64,000 nucleotides of DNA from Octopus vulgaris (lineage: Eukaryota): assembly GCA_951406725.2 (NCBI GenBank), contig OX597820.1:22878001-22942000 (forward strand), written 5' to 3'. The notes below the pieces were generated by a model. That model searched no databases. It was not told the DNA's origin and was given only the letters and a program-made list of their open reading frames with translations. Shown piece by piece: positions 12,945-25,960 of the stretch (position 1 is the stretch's first letter; every line of letters starts with the position of its first letter). Both the position numbers and the translations under genes were made by a program.

Positions 12945-15629
12945 ATATATAAAATATGGGCATTACTTTTACACTAAAGTTTTGCGAAAGTTATCAAAAA
13001 TCAACATAATCTACAATGTTCAAAGATTGTCTTAGATTAATGACAGAAAGTACCTGTGAGATGAAGTGGTTTCCTCAGACATAGTCTTAGGTACAAAGTG
13101 ATGCAAGGTTAAGATTCACAGAAAGATGTGGTACTGAAGGTGCATCTAACATATGTAACCAGCATCAACATCCAGGATAAAGCCAGTTGATAAAAACTGA
13201 TGATGATGATGATGAATGATAACAGTGACAACAGACAACAATGTGCTCATTAAATAGAAACTTAAACTTGAAAGTTTACACGATGTTTTGCAGAATGATT
13301 ACAGGAAAACTAATTTAATATGAGTGGAAAACATATGTACAATGTCTGAAGACAAATATAATTTCAACCACCACCACCAACCACTACCCTCACTAGTACT
13401 AGTCACAGCAGTCTTCACCAAAGACAAAAATCCTTAACATAAAACCTTTCTCATTCCTAGGTAACAGTAACTGTGAGAAGGCTAAGGAGGATTCTGGGTG
13501 GTTATTGATACACACAATTAACAAACCTGCAGACATTGTGGCAACTAATAGCTTCCTATTTCAAATCTTCCGTGTTCTATTTTTAAACCCCAATGTACAT
13601 AAGAGCGAAAGTAAATGATATCATAGGGGTGGGGGTATAGAGGAAAAGCCATCAAAATTTTACATGTGATGTTGTTGGTGAATGCTTCATTGAAACTCCG
13701 TGATCAAAGAATGGAAACAGGAAATATGAGATAAAATACAACCGAGTTGTTGTCGTATGAAACATCTAAGAGAATTCAGAACGACTAATATCCTGTAATA
13801 AAAATAATAAGTATGTACCCAGCTTCCAAAGATAAAAATTATCACAACTGCTGCCACGCTCCCGTGATTCCCTAATGTTGAAAAGAATATCTATAAACTA
13901 ATTTGAATATGAAGAGGTTCGAGATAAATTTCTTTCTAAGTAAATATAAAGGAATTATGAAATATTGATATTATATCAACAGCCTTTAATTTTCTTTCAT
14001 CAATAAGATTCAAGAAAATTATGGAGCAATAAATATTTAAAAATAAAAAAAAGAAAAGAAAAAAAAGATACAGTAAAATATTTAAATACGAAGGTGAAAA
14101 CAAAAATTCATTTTCCTCTTCATATGCAATGGAGAAATGAGAAAAGCTCAGATATAGGCATGCAGGTAATAAATACCTGCAGCATTTCATCTTTTCCCCT
14201 TTCATAAAACAACCATACTAACACTTTATAACTGAACCACCTTTTTACTCTCAATGGGGTTAGCCAGTTACTTTCCTATACTTTCTTACCATCAAGCTGA
14301 CAATAAACAGCTCATTCCCCAGTTTTGCTTTTGTCCTTTTTTGTTGGTTCTTTTATTTTTCTCCTTATTTTATTTATTTTTTTTTTTTTTCCCTTCCATC
14401 TTTGTTGACCATTTTAACTGAAGCAGAACACATTTCTGATAAACAAGCACACAAATTGTGTACTTTTTAAAAAAACGAAAAACTCTTTTGTGCCTAATTA
14501 CTAATTAGGCACAGGCAGGACTATGAGGTTAAGAAGCTTGCTTTGCAACCATGCAGTTCCAAGTTCAGTCCCACTGTGCAGTACCTTGGGTAAATGTCTT
14601 CTTTAGCCTCAGGCTGACCAATACCTTGTGAGTGAATGTGGCAAACAGAAATTGTGTTCTTGAGGAAAACACTTTCATCTCACATTGTTCCAATCCACTC
14701 AGCTGTAAAAGAGTTCTAGCAAAAGCCAGGAAGTTAACCTTTTAATGACAGGTGCTCCTTTCAGAAGGGAGTGTTGCAACTAGGTTAAGGTTCCAGCCTT
14801 ATTAGTTCTAGGGCTCCTGATAGACTTTAGCTAAGCTAAGAGATTACAAAAAGAACCAGTTTTGTGAGCCGGTGGACCCTTCTCAACTGGGGTTGTTTGT
14901 GGGTTTATCAACAGAATTGTCCCTTAGGTGTTAGTCATGCTCCAATGTAGGCCCTAGATGGCATACAAAGAATTAGCAAATGATAAGGGATGGTTTGCTT
15001 TTTTCAACCCCTGGCTGACGAAGGAGGCTTTTGAAACACAATTTTAGGAACATTATATTTGTAATGATCACCATAGGTAAACATCAAAAATTGAAGTGAC
15101 TGCCATTTCTAGCAAACACCAAGGTCTTTAATTGTGAAATGTTCAGGTGTAAGGTTGGCATGATGCAAATCTGTTCTTTTGATGTTTAGTGATGGTGCCT
15201 TTGTGTTGTTCAAGTTGACTAGATTGTTAAAATACAAGTGTGATGTGAAGTGTCTGGATTGTGTGCAGACAAGCCCTCAGTGCATAGGCTTAATGAATAA
15301 TAAAGGGTAGTAGAAATGTATAAACGAAAACAAAATCCTGGCAATTTTTATAACCATGTTTCCTAGTAGCTCTAGTAAATTTTTATGCCTCAAATTATAC
15401 ACATCATTTAAAAATTAATTCAACAAACCATCACCATAAGGGCTATAGAAAAAGGGAAGTTGAAAACAGTTACATTGAACTTTAGTTTCACAAATGAAAA
15501 TTAAATTTTTAAATTTCCTTTTTTCTTTTTATATGCTATTAATTTTGACTCCTAGCAACCTAACATGCAAGAGAGCTCTGATGTGTCTCCCTGCCAACCC
15601 TCAAATATATTTTCATTTTTATTGCCTAC

Positions 15630-15885
15630 TAAAGGCAGTGAGCCAGCAGGATCATTACAGCTTCAGGGTGGGGTAGGGGTATGCTTTGTGGCATTTGTTC
15701 TGGATCATATCATTCTGAGTTCAAATCCCACTATGATCAAATGTGTCCATCAGCTCTCCAGGGTTGATAAATTCAAGCACCTGTCAAGTACGTAGGGAGT
15801 GGGGGGTCAATAGTACCAACTAGTCCCATTCCCCTCAAAATTGCTAGCCTTGTACCTAAATCAGAAACCATTATTATTATTGTTT
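15630..15885 (+). mobile_element. Diverged tRNA-derived SINE, family C
   Basis: cattctgagttcaaatccca...gggttgataaa...ttgtacctaaatcagaaacc(att)n tail. Confidence 0.6.
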
Positions 15886-16306
15886 ACTAAAAACAACAGA
15901 AGCAGTTGAAATATTAAACAAGGTCTGGATGCTGCCTTTTCTAAATGTATACCATACACCTTCAAAATAATCTCCAGCTCATTTGTACTCTATTCGGTAA
16001 GGTTAAATAAATCTTGAGTAAACTGTGAAAAGAATTAGGAATTTCATGATAGTAATTTCAATTGAATTCATATTTATGATCTTTGGCATTAAATTAAAAT
16101 CCAAGACTGCTCGACTGCAAACCAATAGGTCTAGCAAAATAATTTGGTTGTGGAACCCACCTACTGCTCACAATGATGTCAAGAGAAAGGTGATGAAAAA
16201 GGACTTGTACAACATTGTCACCTTTAAAAATGAAATAGTTTAACCCTTTCCTGACATTCATTTCTAATTACACTGGTTATGTATTTGAATTAACTTTTAA
16301 AATACG

Positions 16307-16680
16307 CACAGGTATGGCTGTATAATTAAAAGGTTTGCTTTGCAACTTCATGGTCTGTGATTCAGTCCTACTGTGTAGCACCTTGGGTTAAGTGTCTTCT
16401 ATTATAGCCCTGGGTTGACCACTGCTCTGTGAGTGAATTTAGTAGACAGAAACTACTGAAACCTGTTGCATGTATGCATGTGTGATTTTGTGTTCGTCCC
16501 CTTGACAATTCGTGTTAGATTGTTCACATTCCCATAACTTAACAGTTCAGCAACAGAAACTGATAAAATAAGTACCAGGCTGTAAAAGAAAAAGTATCAG
16601 TGTTGAACTGTTTGGTTAAACCCTTCATGATGGTGCCCCAGCATAGCTGCAGTCCAATGATTCTAACATGTAAAAGGTAA
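16307..16680 (+). mobile_element. Family A SINE nested in an M2 MITE (16244-16850)
   Basis: Family A head and tail; the flanks rejoin into a sequence resembling 49727-49942. Confidence 0.7.
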
Positions 16681-17572
16681 ATAATCGAAAATTTGGGGGC
16701 AGTTAGTAAAATAACTACACTTTTGCATTATTAAATTTGTATTTGGAACTTAAGAAAATATCCCCATATAAAATGTGGATAGTTTTAATTTAGGAATTCT
16801 ATGGAATGAGTAGAACAAGAAGTAGTCTCTCAGCCAGATTGATATCAAACCAATAAACTCAGAATATTTATATGTAGCCAAAGAAGGATTAATATCTCAC
16901 TATTCTGATTCAATATTACCAATGATTGAACAGCTGTTACAGATAAAAAGGAAAATAGTCAATAGATATAAAACATTATCGTAAACTATTGGGATCGTTT
17001 CTACGCAAAGCTTCAATAAAATTGTTGTTTCATGTCCATAAACGAGAATTTCAAAGAAAACTAAATAGAATAATGTAGTTAAATTTATTTGAAAATTAGT
17101 CATTACTTTGTTTAAAGGAATAGTTAACATCAAATAATTTACATCAAGAGAGACAGAGCAGACAGGAGATAACATTTATTTGAATAATAAATAATGATAA
17201 TTATCTCTTCAACTACGATTACATCATTTTAAACTGAGGCTGTCATAAAGGTTAGGTCACAGTACCCTGAAAACTTTGATATCTTGCGAGCATTAGAAGC
17301 AGAATTAATCCTAACTAGCAATAATGAACATAGCTGGTGAAACTTGTTGCAACTGGCGTTCAAAAGAAAATGAACAAGCATAGACACAATGGTCATTTAT
17401 AAAGAAAAATTTCTGCTTTTATTTTCTACACTGTTAGCAAAAGGAAGGCTACGATGCTCTGAAGTGCCAGACATGCCAAGTAGAAAAAGTTAAGCTTTCA
17501 TTTTGAATTGCTTTGTAGAATTAGATTACAACTTCCTTACATAAAACAATCATGCTATTTATACATGTTTAA

Positions 17573-17793
17573 CCCCTTGGCGTTTAAACCAGCCATATCT
17601 AGCCAAAATATTCTGCCTGTTTTAAGTTCAAACTGGCCACATCCAGCCTCTCATACCTCTCCTACAATGTTATTCTAAGAATAAAAGAATCACATCATTA
17701 AGATCTCAAAGCTATGGAATAATGCATGATCAATTCAAAACAATTTGAATAAATAAGCATCGATTTTGACAGAATAATATGAATACTAAAGGG
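17573..17793 (+). mobile_element. Intact M1 MITE (221 bp) with TTAA on both sides
   Basis: ttaa|ccccttggcgttt...gaatactaaaggg|ttaa. Confidence 0.85.
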
Positions 17794-19683
17794 TTAATCA
17801 TTGTTGTCATTCTTATTGTTTATATTTCCACACTTACAAGGTCCAGGTGAAATTCGTCGGGGCAGATTTTATACAGCCAGGTACTTTTCCTGTTGCCAAC
17901 ATTCCACTGTTTCCAAGCAAGGTAATATTGCCCCCAAGTCCTTTGAACATGAACAGTAGAATAACTGGACATATATTTCCAGAAAATTGCAAGCAAATGA
18001 CACTGCTTGTTCAACTGTGGGTTTTGTTTACAAATACAGCACAATTTAAGAACAAGGACATGTGCACACATACAAAAATACATACATGCACGCACAAACA
18101 CACACACAATTTCTTTCTGTCTACCAAACCCACTCACAAGGCTTTGATTAGTCCAGGGCTATAGCAGATGGCACTTGCTCAAAATATCACAGTGGTACCA
18201 GACACTAGTACATGGCTGGGGAAGCAAACTTTTTAACTATGTAACCCTGTACCCTGATGTAATAAAATATTTAACATATTTAAGAAGACTGGAGAAGCAC
18301 TGAAAAAAGGAATAGAGTAAAGATTGAACTCAATTTTAAAAAACCCAAAGTTTTGAAGCCTCCGCGGCACAAGTTGGTTCTGTTTTAATACCAATAACAC
18401 AAAAATTCTGACTGACTGCATGAGTATTATCTATCATTGGAGGAATATAGGAGGGAGTGATGTTTAAGAAGGGATGAGATTCATGAGCTTGCAGTGGGGA
18501 AACAGCTAGAAAAAGAAGGTTCTTCAGAAGACAATAGAAAGTATACATGTAATATTTTGCAGCCTCCCTAATTAGCTCAACTCTAGGATAGTATTGTAAT
18601 CTTCAGGGATAACCAGGACTTGCATGTTTCTGCAGATCTTCACCCAAACACACATTATTGCATGTAGCTTCTGTGCTCATCGCTAGCCTATACAGGAGAG
18701 AGAGAGACAGGAAGGTGGAGCGTAGATGTAATATTGTGTAACCTTCCTAATTAACACATGTAACAAACAATGTGGCAGAACATCACTGGAAGATATGAAC
18801 TTATACCTTATATACTGCCAAGAAACAAAAGATCAAATATTCATTGAAGAAACGGGGCAGCTCATATTGTGCTATCTTGTACTTCCTCTTATCTGGCTTA
18901 TTGCCACTGAAAACAAATGAGTTCGGCAGGTTTTCCTGCATTTTATGACCAAAAGCAATACAACATAGTGCTTTGGCTATTTCTTTATCACTGCTACTTA
19001 ACAGATAACAGATGAACTTCCTCCTTTCTTTTGTGTGTGTGTATGTGAGAGGGAAATTAAAATGTAAAATGGTCGAAAGTATAGCCAAATCTTACTCATG
19101 ATAAAACTGCATCAAATGCGTTAGAAGCCAATATTTTGTTGCTGTTGTTGTTTTTTTTAACCATATAAAAGAAAACAAAGATGATATCTAACAACATAAC
19201 TTAATTAGACACATTCAAGGCCACAAATTCATAGAAAGAAAAAGAAAATTAATAGGGAAGATGACATCATCCTATGCTTATTAATAAAGTGTAATGCAAA
19301 TCAAACTAAAGGGGGGTTGCAGGAAACTTGGTATTCTAATATTAATCTCTAACATGTGGCATATAAAGGACTCAAAAATGCTACAGTAAAATGTAATTCA
19401 TATGTGGTGTACATGGATGAACAAACATTGCCTAGGTTCTGCCTATTGTGCCAACAGTGTTTGACAAATGAATCCATGAAACATGAGATCATTTAAATGG
19501 CAAAGCAGAGAATTCATGTAAACCCAAAGTTGGAATATTTTAAAATCATGAAGAGTTTGAAAATAGATCCACTTTTAAACCATTGCTTTCTGCACAAAAA
19601 TCCAGCAATCATAATCTTGAGGCAATTCATGAAATTTCTCTACTTAAAAAAAAAAATGATGATAGAATTTATAGTAGAGGTCA

Positions 19684-19945
19684 CATCATCGTTTAGCATC
19701 TGCTTTCCATGCTGACATGTGTGGACAGTTTGACTGAGGACTGGCAAGCCAGGAAGCTGCACCAGCCTCCAGTCTGATCCGGCAAGGTTTCTACAGCTGG
19801 ATGCCCTTCCTAACACCAACCACTCCAAGAGTGTAGTGGGTGCTTTTTACATGCTACCAGCATGGGGGCCAGTTAGGTGGCACTGGCATAAACCATGCTC
19901 AAATGGTGCTTTTTACATGCCACCAGCACAGGAGCCAGTCAGTGG
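19684..19945 (-). mobile_element. Family B SINE
   Basis: catcatcgtttagcatctgctttccatgct...ctacagctggatgcccttcctaacaccaaccactcc. Confidence 0.85.
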
Positions 19946-20049
19946 ATATAATTAAGCAAGCAATATCAACTTTTCCCAATACAGAACTGGAGAAGGTTGA
20001 CCAAAATGTCTAAGACATGCCACTAACAAAAGGGTTTGCTGTAGAATAA

Positions 20050-20520
20050 ATAAGTACAGATATCTAAGAACAGCTTATTCAAAATCAAAATCAATGAAAT
20101 TCACAACACCAACAAGGAGGCCTTATTGTTCAAACATGAGATGTATTAATGAGGAAGAGTTTTGAGGAAAGGAAAGTATTTTGCAAATCTTTAGACTGTA
20201 TCACTACTGAAGTTGATGTCCTAATAAACTTAAAAATTGGCTGACAATAACACATAAAAAAAAAAAAAATCATTGCCCTATACTACAGATGGCATCCATA
20301 CTCAAAGAAGAAAAATGGGTGTTAAAATTGATGAGAGCATGACAACCCAGTAATGTTACTGATGCATTTGTGAAAATTTAGTTGCCAAGAAATGTTTCAC
20401 CTGTTTTAAATGAAACAGTAAAGCCAGTAAAAAAATATATCAACATTACCAAAGCTAATGCTAAATGTCAGTATCTCTTTAAACAGTTTTGTGAGTGTCA
20501 AGACGAAACCCAAAGATGAG
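20050..20520 (+). pseudogene. Decayed hAT (Buster/Charlie, ZBED5/SCAND3-like) transposase fragment
   Basis: Fragments FCKSLDCITTEVDV and NVSPVLNETVKPVKKYINITKANAKCQYLFKQFCECQDE resemble the hAT segments LFCKPL..TT..DIF and L..V...VN.IK......RLF..LC. Broken by stops and frameshifts. Confidence 0.65.
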
Positions 20521-20586
20521 GAGCTAGTTAAAGCTATTTTTAAAACAGAAGGAATTGTGATGGGGCTCTGTGATGAGACAAAAATT

Positions 20587-20892
20587 GGATCTTTTCCTTT
20601 TGATGGACGGAATTTTCTAGTTAACTAAACAATTTGAAACTTCGTATACTGGTAGAATGTGTCAAAAGAAAATATTATTGTAAACAAAATTGTAATTTGT
20701 AAGTTTAACGTAGTTTAATTCTTCGAATTTTAACCAATGAAATACCAGCATTTGAGCATTAAACTTACAAATTACAATTTTGTTTTCAATTTTGTTTACA
20801 ATAATGTTTTCTTTTGACACATTCTACCAGTATACGAAGTTTCAAATTGTTTAGTTAACTAGAAAATGCCGTCCATCAAAAGGAAAAGATCT
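20587..20892. mobile_element. 306-bp fold-back MITE with ~120-bp TIRs and 8-bp TSD (caaaaatt); MULE- or Merlin-like
   Basis: GGATCTTTTCCTTTTGATGGACGG ... CCGTCCATCAAAAGGAAAAGATCT. TSD at 20579-20586 and 20893-20900. Confidence 0.92.
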
Positions 20893-21776
20893 CAAAAATT
20901 AAATACCCACGTTCAGCTGGTTTTGGAAAGACAGGATAATTGTAACCATTCTCACCCTAATGTTTAGTAGGATGTAGTTTGGTGCTTCAAGTGACTTGCT
21001 AGAAGAGGGGGATGGGTTTACAATTCAATTAGATATCACAAAATAAGGAGATTTAAGACAGAAGCCAAGCACTTGAAATCAAAACTATTTATAATTAATA
21101 TCAAGCTGAAGAATCTCACTAGCCTGAGATGATCAAATTTTGAATTTGTTATATTTTTTCACCAAATATCACTTGAAAACCACCAACTTGAAAACAAACA
21201 GGGGTTGATGCAACATGCTGCTTCAAGAAGCTTCACTTAATCCATCATAGCATGGAAGAAGCGGGCATAAAATCAACAGAGATGGTCAATGAGGAGAGGA
21301 GCTATTATACATGATCGTATGTAAACAAAAACAAACAAAAAAAAATTAAAGTTAATCAGTAAGAAAAAAAAAAACCTTTCAAGGAAAAAATTAATTATGG
21401 TGTTTGCGCTGTCCAAGTTGCACAGAGTTTCCCTTCTCACTCTCATTAACAGAAATATTGTAAGTCTATGATTGGCTCCTTGAAAACCAGTTGCCAATGA
21501 TGTTTTAATTCACAGAATGAAATATGAAAAATCAATAAATGTCACAAAGTTAAGTTTGTTTACTTTTTTGTTCATTTCTTTTTTTTTTTTATGGTTAATT
21601 AATATAGATCAATATATTTCATTTTGTTATAATAAATCTGATTATTAAAGATTTATTTCATAGACATGCTATCCAGCAATTTTTTTTTAAAGATAAGCTG
21701 AAATTAAAAAAACAACAACAAACTGACAAGTTGCAGAGTACAAATTATGAAAACACAAGTTTGTTATCAAACTTAC

Positions 21777-21878
21777 TCTAGTGTTATTTCGTTCTGCTTT
21801 CAATTCTGATATTTCTTCCTCCCTTTCTAATAGCTGTTCTCGAGCAGCACTCAATTCTTTAGTTATAGTAGCAAATTC
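21777..21878 (-). CDS. PPFIA (liprin-alpha/syd-2): Liprin-alpha internal coding exon, 102 nt, phase 0/0: [34 protein letters not shown]
   Basis: Lies within ORF 21687..21902. Matches liprin-alpha [34 protein letters not shown]. Acceptor gcattttcag| and donor AGA|gtaagt. Splices in frame to 1733 (NNTR|LLLEH). Confidence 0.97.
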
Positions 21879-22729
21879 CTGAAAATGCAAGAAAGATTCC
21901 ATCAGTGAATTTCAATTTCCATATTTTAAAAACAATTGAAATGATTATGATTAAAACATTCACAAAAATTATGCATAAGCAAAGAGGAAAACTGTTTTAT
22001 AGAAAACATTACCATCAATGCCACAAAAGAAACAAACATTGACAATATAAGAGGAGAATGTTGATAAACAATACTAAATTATTTCTATAATTTTCTCCTA
22101 TCTGTTTTAATGAAGCAAAAATAAGAACGAAAAATTATATCAAAACAACCAATAAAAGTTCCATTAGGTTAATTACATCTAATATGATTTTTCAATTAAT
22201 ACAATTAATATATTTATATCAATATAAATATACTGGCAGTAAAAGTGTGCATGCATGCATGCATACACACACACTCTCTCTCTCTCTCTCTTATCTATCT
22301 ATCTATCTATCTATCTATATATATATATATCCAGCTCGCACAGATGTGCCCTTACCATACACATACCATTAAGTAACATCTTTTAAAACACACGAGAAAA
22401 TCAGTTTACTTCATGTAAGAAAATTTGGAATGAGCATAGATTCATTTATAAAATGTTGAACATAACAGCTGTTTCTAGAAATATTAGGATGGTAGCAGAA
22501 TTAAAAAAATATTTTATGAATTTAAAACTGGGAAAAGAGACTCCTTGCCTACTGGTATGAGACAAATACCATTATGTGATGAAGGTTAAACTAACATTAT
22601 CAAGGGAAGAAATCCTTTTATAGTGCTATTTTACTCTTCATTGACCTACACACAAAAACTGAAGCATTTCACATTTGAATCTATTATGCTGAAGTAGGTA
22701 TTCGCTTTACAAATGCAGGTATCTCTTAT

Positions 22730-22900
22730 AAGTTGCTTTATCTGCTAGAAATAACTAAATCTTACATAAATCACATAATAGCATCTTTAAAATGGAAAGA
22801 CATTGGATAAAGTAATCCTAGATACACTACGCATGAAAGGAAAATAGAAGGATCATAGCTATAGGTGTACATGATTAGGCTGACATAGGCCTAAACAATA
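22730..22900 (+). repeat. Dispersed repeat family E (other copies ~5600-5800, 27790-28050, 46120-46295, 57680-57900 minus, 59780-59940 minus, 60880-61050)
   Basis: Shared motif tgctagaaata..aaatc..cctcaaatcac...cattggataatgtagtcc...gggctgac.tg.ggctaaacaa. Confidence 0.65.
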
Positions 22901-24155
22901 TCAGAGCCAACAGATATTTGGACAGCGAAACCAATGAATGCACAAGATAGGATGCTAAGAGACAGAAGGCAGATTTGTGATGCACAAGATAGGATGCTAG
23001 GAGATAGAAGCAGATTTGTGATGATCAAGCTAGGATATAAAATGGCTAATATAAAATGAACTTATAGCTAATGACAACCAAGGTACACTAGAAGAAAACA
23101 ATGAAAGCATTAATCAAGTGAATAAGAGTCCTCACTTTCAATTAAGATTTTGCATTTCACAGGAAGTGCCGGCACGATATTCTAGGACAAGAAACTTAAG
23201 CCATCTTACCTAATTTAGTAATTATCATTCGCTCTTAAGCTTTTACATGCTAGAATAATTTGAGCAAAATCTACAGATGCACACATGTTCTCAGAGCAGA
23301 TGTTCTGAGACAGGAATTTAGCTACTTCATTATCAAGACTTGCTTGTTTGACTGAACCAAATAGAATACACTGCACATGTGCAAACAAGCTTAACCATTT
23401 AGTCAGGCGGAAAATTAGAACCATAAAATAATATTACTTTGGTGCTAAAGAAAAGAACATGCAATTTAGGCACAGAAATTTTAATATATGCATTTGAAGA
23501 TCCTCTGCTGTTGAAATGACATTTCAAAGCTTATGTTCACTCACAGATGCTAACTAAACTAGGTGTTGTACATGGCTATCAATACCACAATATCGTATAC
23601 TTCATTAGAATCACATAAAACCTTTTACACTAAGCACCGATAAATGAAGTCTTACAACTTAGTATCTTAACTAGCTTTGAAATACATTTACAAAAACAAA
23701 CAAAATAAAACCAACCCAATATTTACAATTCGCTCGTGATCCATTCAATTTATCAATATCTAGCTTTTAAAGGAAAATAAATATATATTTAGGTGTAATT
23801 CTGTTGATAAAATATCAAAGTTGGAAAGAAGACATACATGTATGAACATAAGTTTCACGATCTTTACATTGGATGTTTAAAGACACAGCTCTAAGTCATA
23901 TGGCTTCATTAACCCCTTTCAGTATATGTTTTAATATCAGATATCTCAGATGCCTTTACTTGTTTTATTCTGCTGATTGGTTATGTAACATATGACAAGA
24001 AAAATCAATTCCTTAGTTTGCTCAGGCTCAAAGACATATAACAAACTACTCGTACCAAGAACCAAAGTCTACAGCTAAAAGAAAGCCATGTTAACAAAAT
24101 CTATTTCCAATACCTATTCCACTCAATCAATAGCTCATCATTTTAAACTAGACTC

Positions 24156-24199
<44 letters not shown>

Positions 24200-24227
24200 G
24201 AAAGAGAGAGGGGGGGATTCACAAAAT

Positions 24228-24360
24228 AAAAAACTGACAAAGACAGGTATATTAGTATAATGCTCAGGAAGTGAAAAAGTCTTTAACGTTTCGAGCCTAC
24301 GCTCTTCCACAGAAAGAAACAAGGAGAGAAAATAAAGAATGTGAAGTGGCTAGCGATATA
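24228..24360 (-). mobile_element. Penelope-like terminal fragment with a hammerhead-like motif
   Basis: Minus strand tctgtggaaGAGCgtagGCTCgaaacgttaaaga. Confidence 0.55.
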
Positions 24361-24439
24361 AATTGCAGAGTACAACTTATATATATATAGACAGACAGAC
24401 ATATAAATTACTGAAGTCAAACCAAATAATGATATTTTG

Positions 24440-24985
24440 AATGCATTTAATATGTACATTTCAGATAATTACACAAAAGATAAAAAGTGAATTTCATCTC
24501 TTCGAAATTTTGCCTTAGAAACGAAATTCCCATTTTATCTTTTGCACAATTATCTGAAACCTGCATATTAAATGCATTGAAAATATTCCTACTTGGTTTA
24601 ACATCATTATTATATGCATTATATGACAACACCAATACAAACTAACCATCCCTAACTCCATTCATACTGGTACTGTAACTAAGATTTGGAGTGGTGTGTT
24701 CTTTTTGATTTGAGTTGGAAATTCTGGTAATATGAACAGCTTCTAAGCATCTGTTTATTGTTCCCTCACCTGTCTCTATCTTTTGTTTTCTGTATATTTG
24801 AACCATATCTATAGATATTAACATCTCGTGTATTTATCTCCATTTTCCATTATCCTTATGTTCTCCAAAACACATCTCACTTCTCCTTAAAATTATCACC
24901 CACACAAGTGTGATTACTAATTTCTTAGGCACTTATGTGACATTTGACTACACTGTAACTGTTCTTCTGGATCTTTCCTAGTAAC
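24440..24985 (-). pseudogene. Decayed piggyBac (PGBD4-like) transposase fragment
   Basis: Frame VTV*SNVT*VPKKLV...LRRSEMCF...KWR*/TRDVNI...TPNLSYSTSMNGVRD resembles the piggyBac motifs GTVRxNRxxxPK, KWxDxRDV and YNxxMGGVD. Confidence 0.45.
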
Positions 24986-25010
24986 CTGAACATATATATA
25001 TATATAAAAA

Positions 25011-25262
25011 TCATCATCGTTTAACGTCCGCTTTCCATGCTAGCATGGGTTGGACGATTTGACTGAGGACTGGCAAACCAGATGGCCACACCAGGCTCCA
25101 ATCTGATCTGGCAGAGTTTCTACAGCTGGATACCCTTTCTAACACCAAAAACTCCGAGAGTGTAGTTGGTACTTTTACGTGCCACCAGCATGGGGGCCAG
25201 TCAGGCAGTACTGGCAACGGCCACAGGAGCCAGTCCAGCGGCACTGGCAACGACCTCGCTCA
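25011..25262 (-). mobile_element. Young family B SINE
   Basis: tcatcatcgtttaacgtccgctttccatgctagcatgggttggacg...; CpGs retained. Confidence 0.9.
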
Positions 25263-25471
25263 TATATATATATGAATATTTCCTTTTAGTTTTGCAAGTA
25301 AAAGAAACAAATCTTATTTTCATTTAAAAAAATATTAATTAGATAACACATATTTCACAGGTATTGCTTGAAATGATTTTCTGAAATTGTTTAACTGTTC
25401 CAATTTCACAATGTAAATATATGTCACAGCTGTCAATATCATGAAAACAGTAAAATTCCTAAATTAATCAT

Positions 25472-25960
25472 CAATGTTTCTAAGACTTTCATAGTCTCAT
25501 CTTCAGGATAAAGTGATATTAGTGACTGTTGCTGCCTCTTTTAAGTAGGCAGGTCTAAGATAATTTGTGTGGACAAAATGATTAGAATTTATATTTTGTT
25601 AGATTTAAGTCCATAGTCAAGTGTTGTTTATTTTGGTTTGTGAACATTGCATGTTGCCTATGATCTCCACATACCATAGCATTTTGTTGGCTGTGTTATG
25701 AACATTATTTCCATCACAAAACATCTAGTTGTTATCCACTAATGTTTTCCTATGCTGTGTAATAAGTGCATTACAATTGCTCTTTGTAAGTGTATGGTGG
25801 TGAGGTGACAGGAGGCTGTCATTACTTGTATGACCAACATTATCAGTTGCTGTTGTGAGGTTTACAGCCGAATTCATAAATCACATTGAGCACTAGCATC
25901 TTGTCTGCAATTTAACAAGTTTGTGTTTTATTGTTAATAAGATTCAATATTTTTGTAGTA
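25472..25960 (-). mobile_element. Possible Penelope-like 3' remnant ending in a hammerhead-like motif
   Basis: Minus strand cctgaagatGAGACTatgaaAGTCTTagaaacattg at 25472-25507. The upstream sequence is too degenerate to translate reliably. Confidence 0.35.

Noticed and set aside
14172-14205. MKGEKMKCC with CAG|GTATTT donor
   Set aside because: Weak donor, and phase 2 is incompatible with the next exon.
14285-14292. ATG|GTAAGA as a Met-only first exon spliced to 1733
   Set aside because: Phase-compatible, but such a short motif is expected by chance in this much AT-rich DNA and has no other support.
14860-15300. Possible LINE 3' end with Cys motifs
   Set aside because: Too degenerate to assign by eye.
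21687-21902. 71-aa ORF as a stand-alone gene
   Set aside because: Only 21777-21878 matches liprin-alpha and it has splice sites; the rest is intron read-through.
22938-23020. 42-bp tandem duplication (also a 20-bp direct repeat at 6030/6062)
   Set aside because: Real, but an ordinary two-copy duplication with no functional clue.
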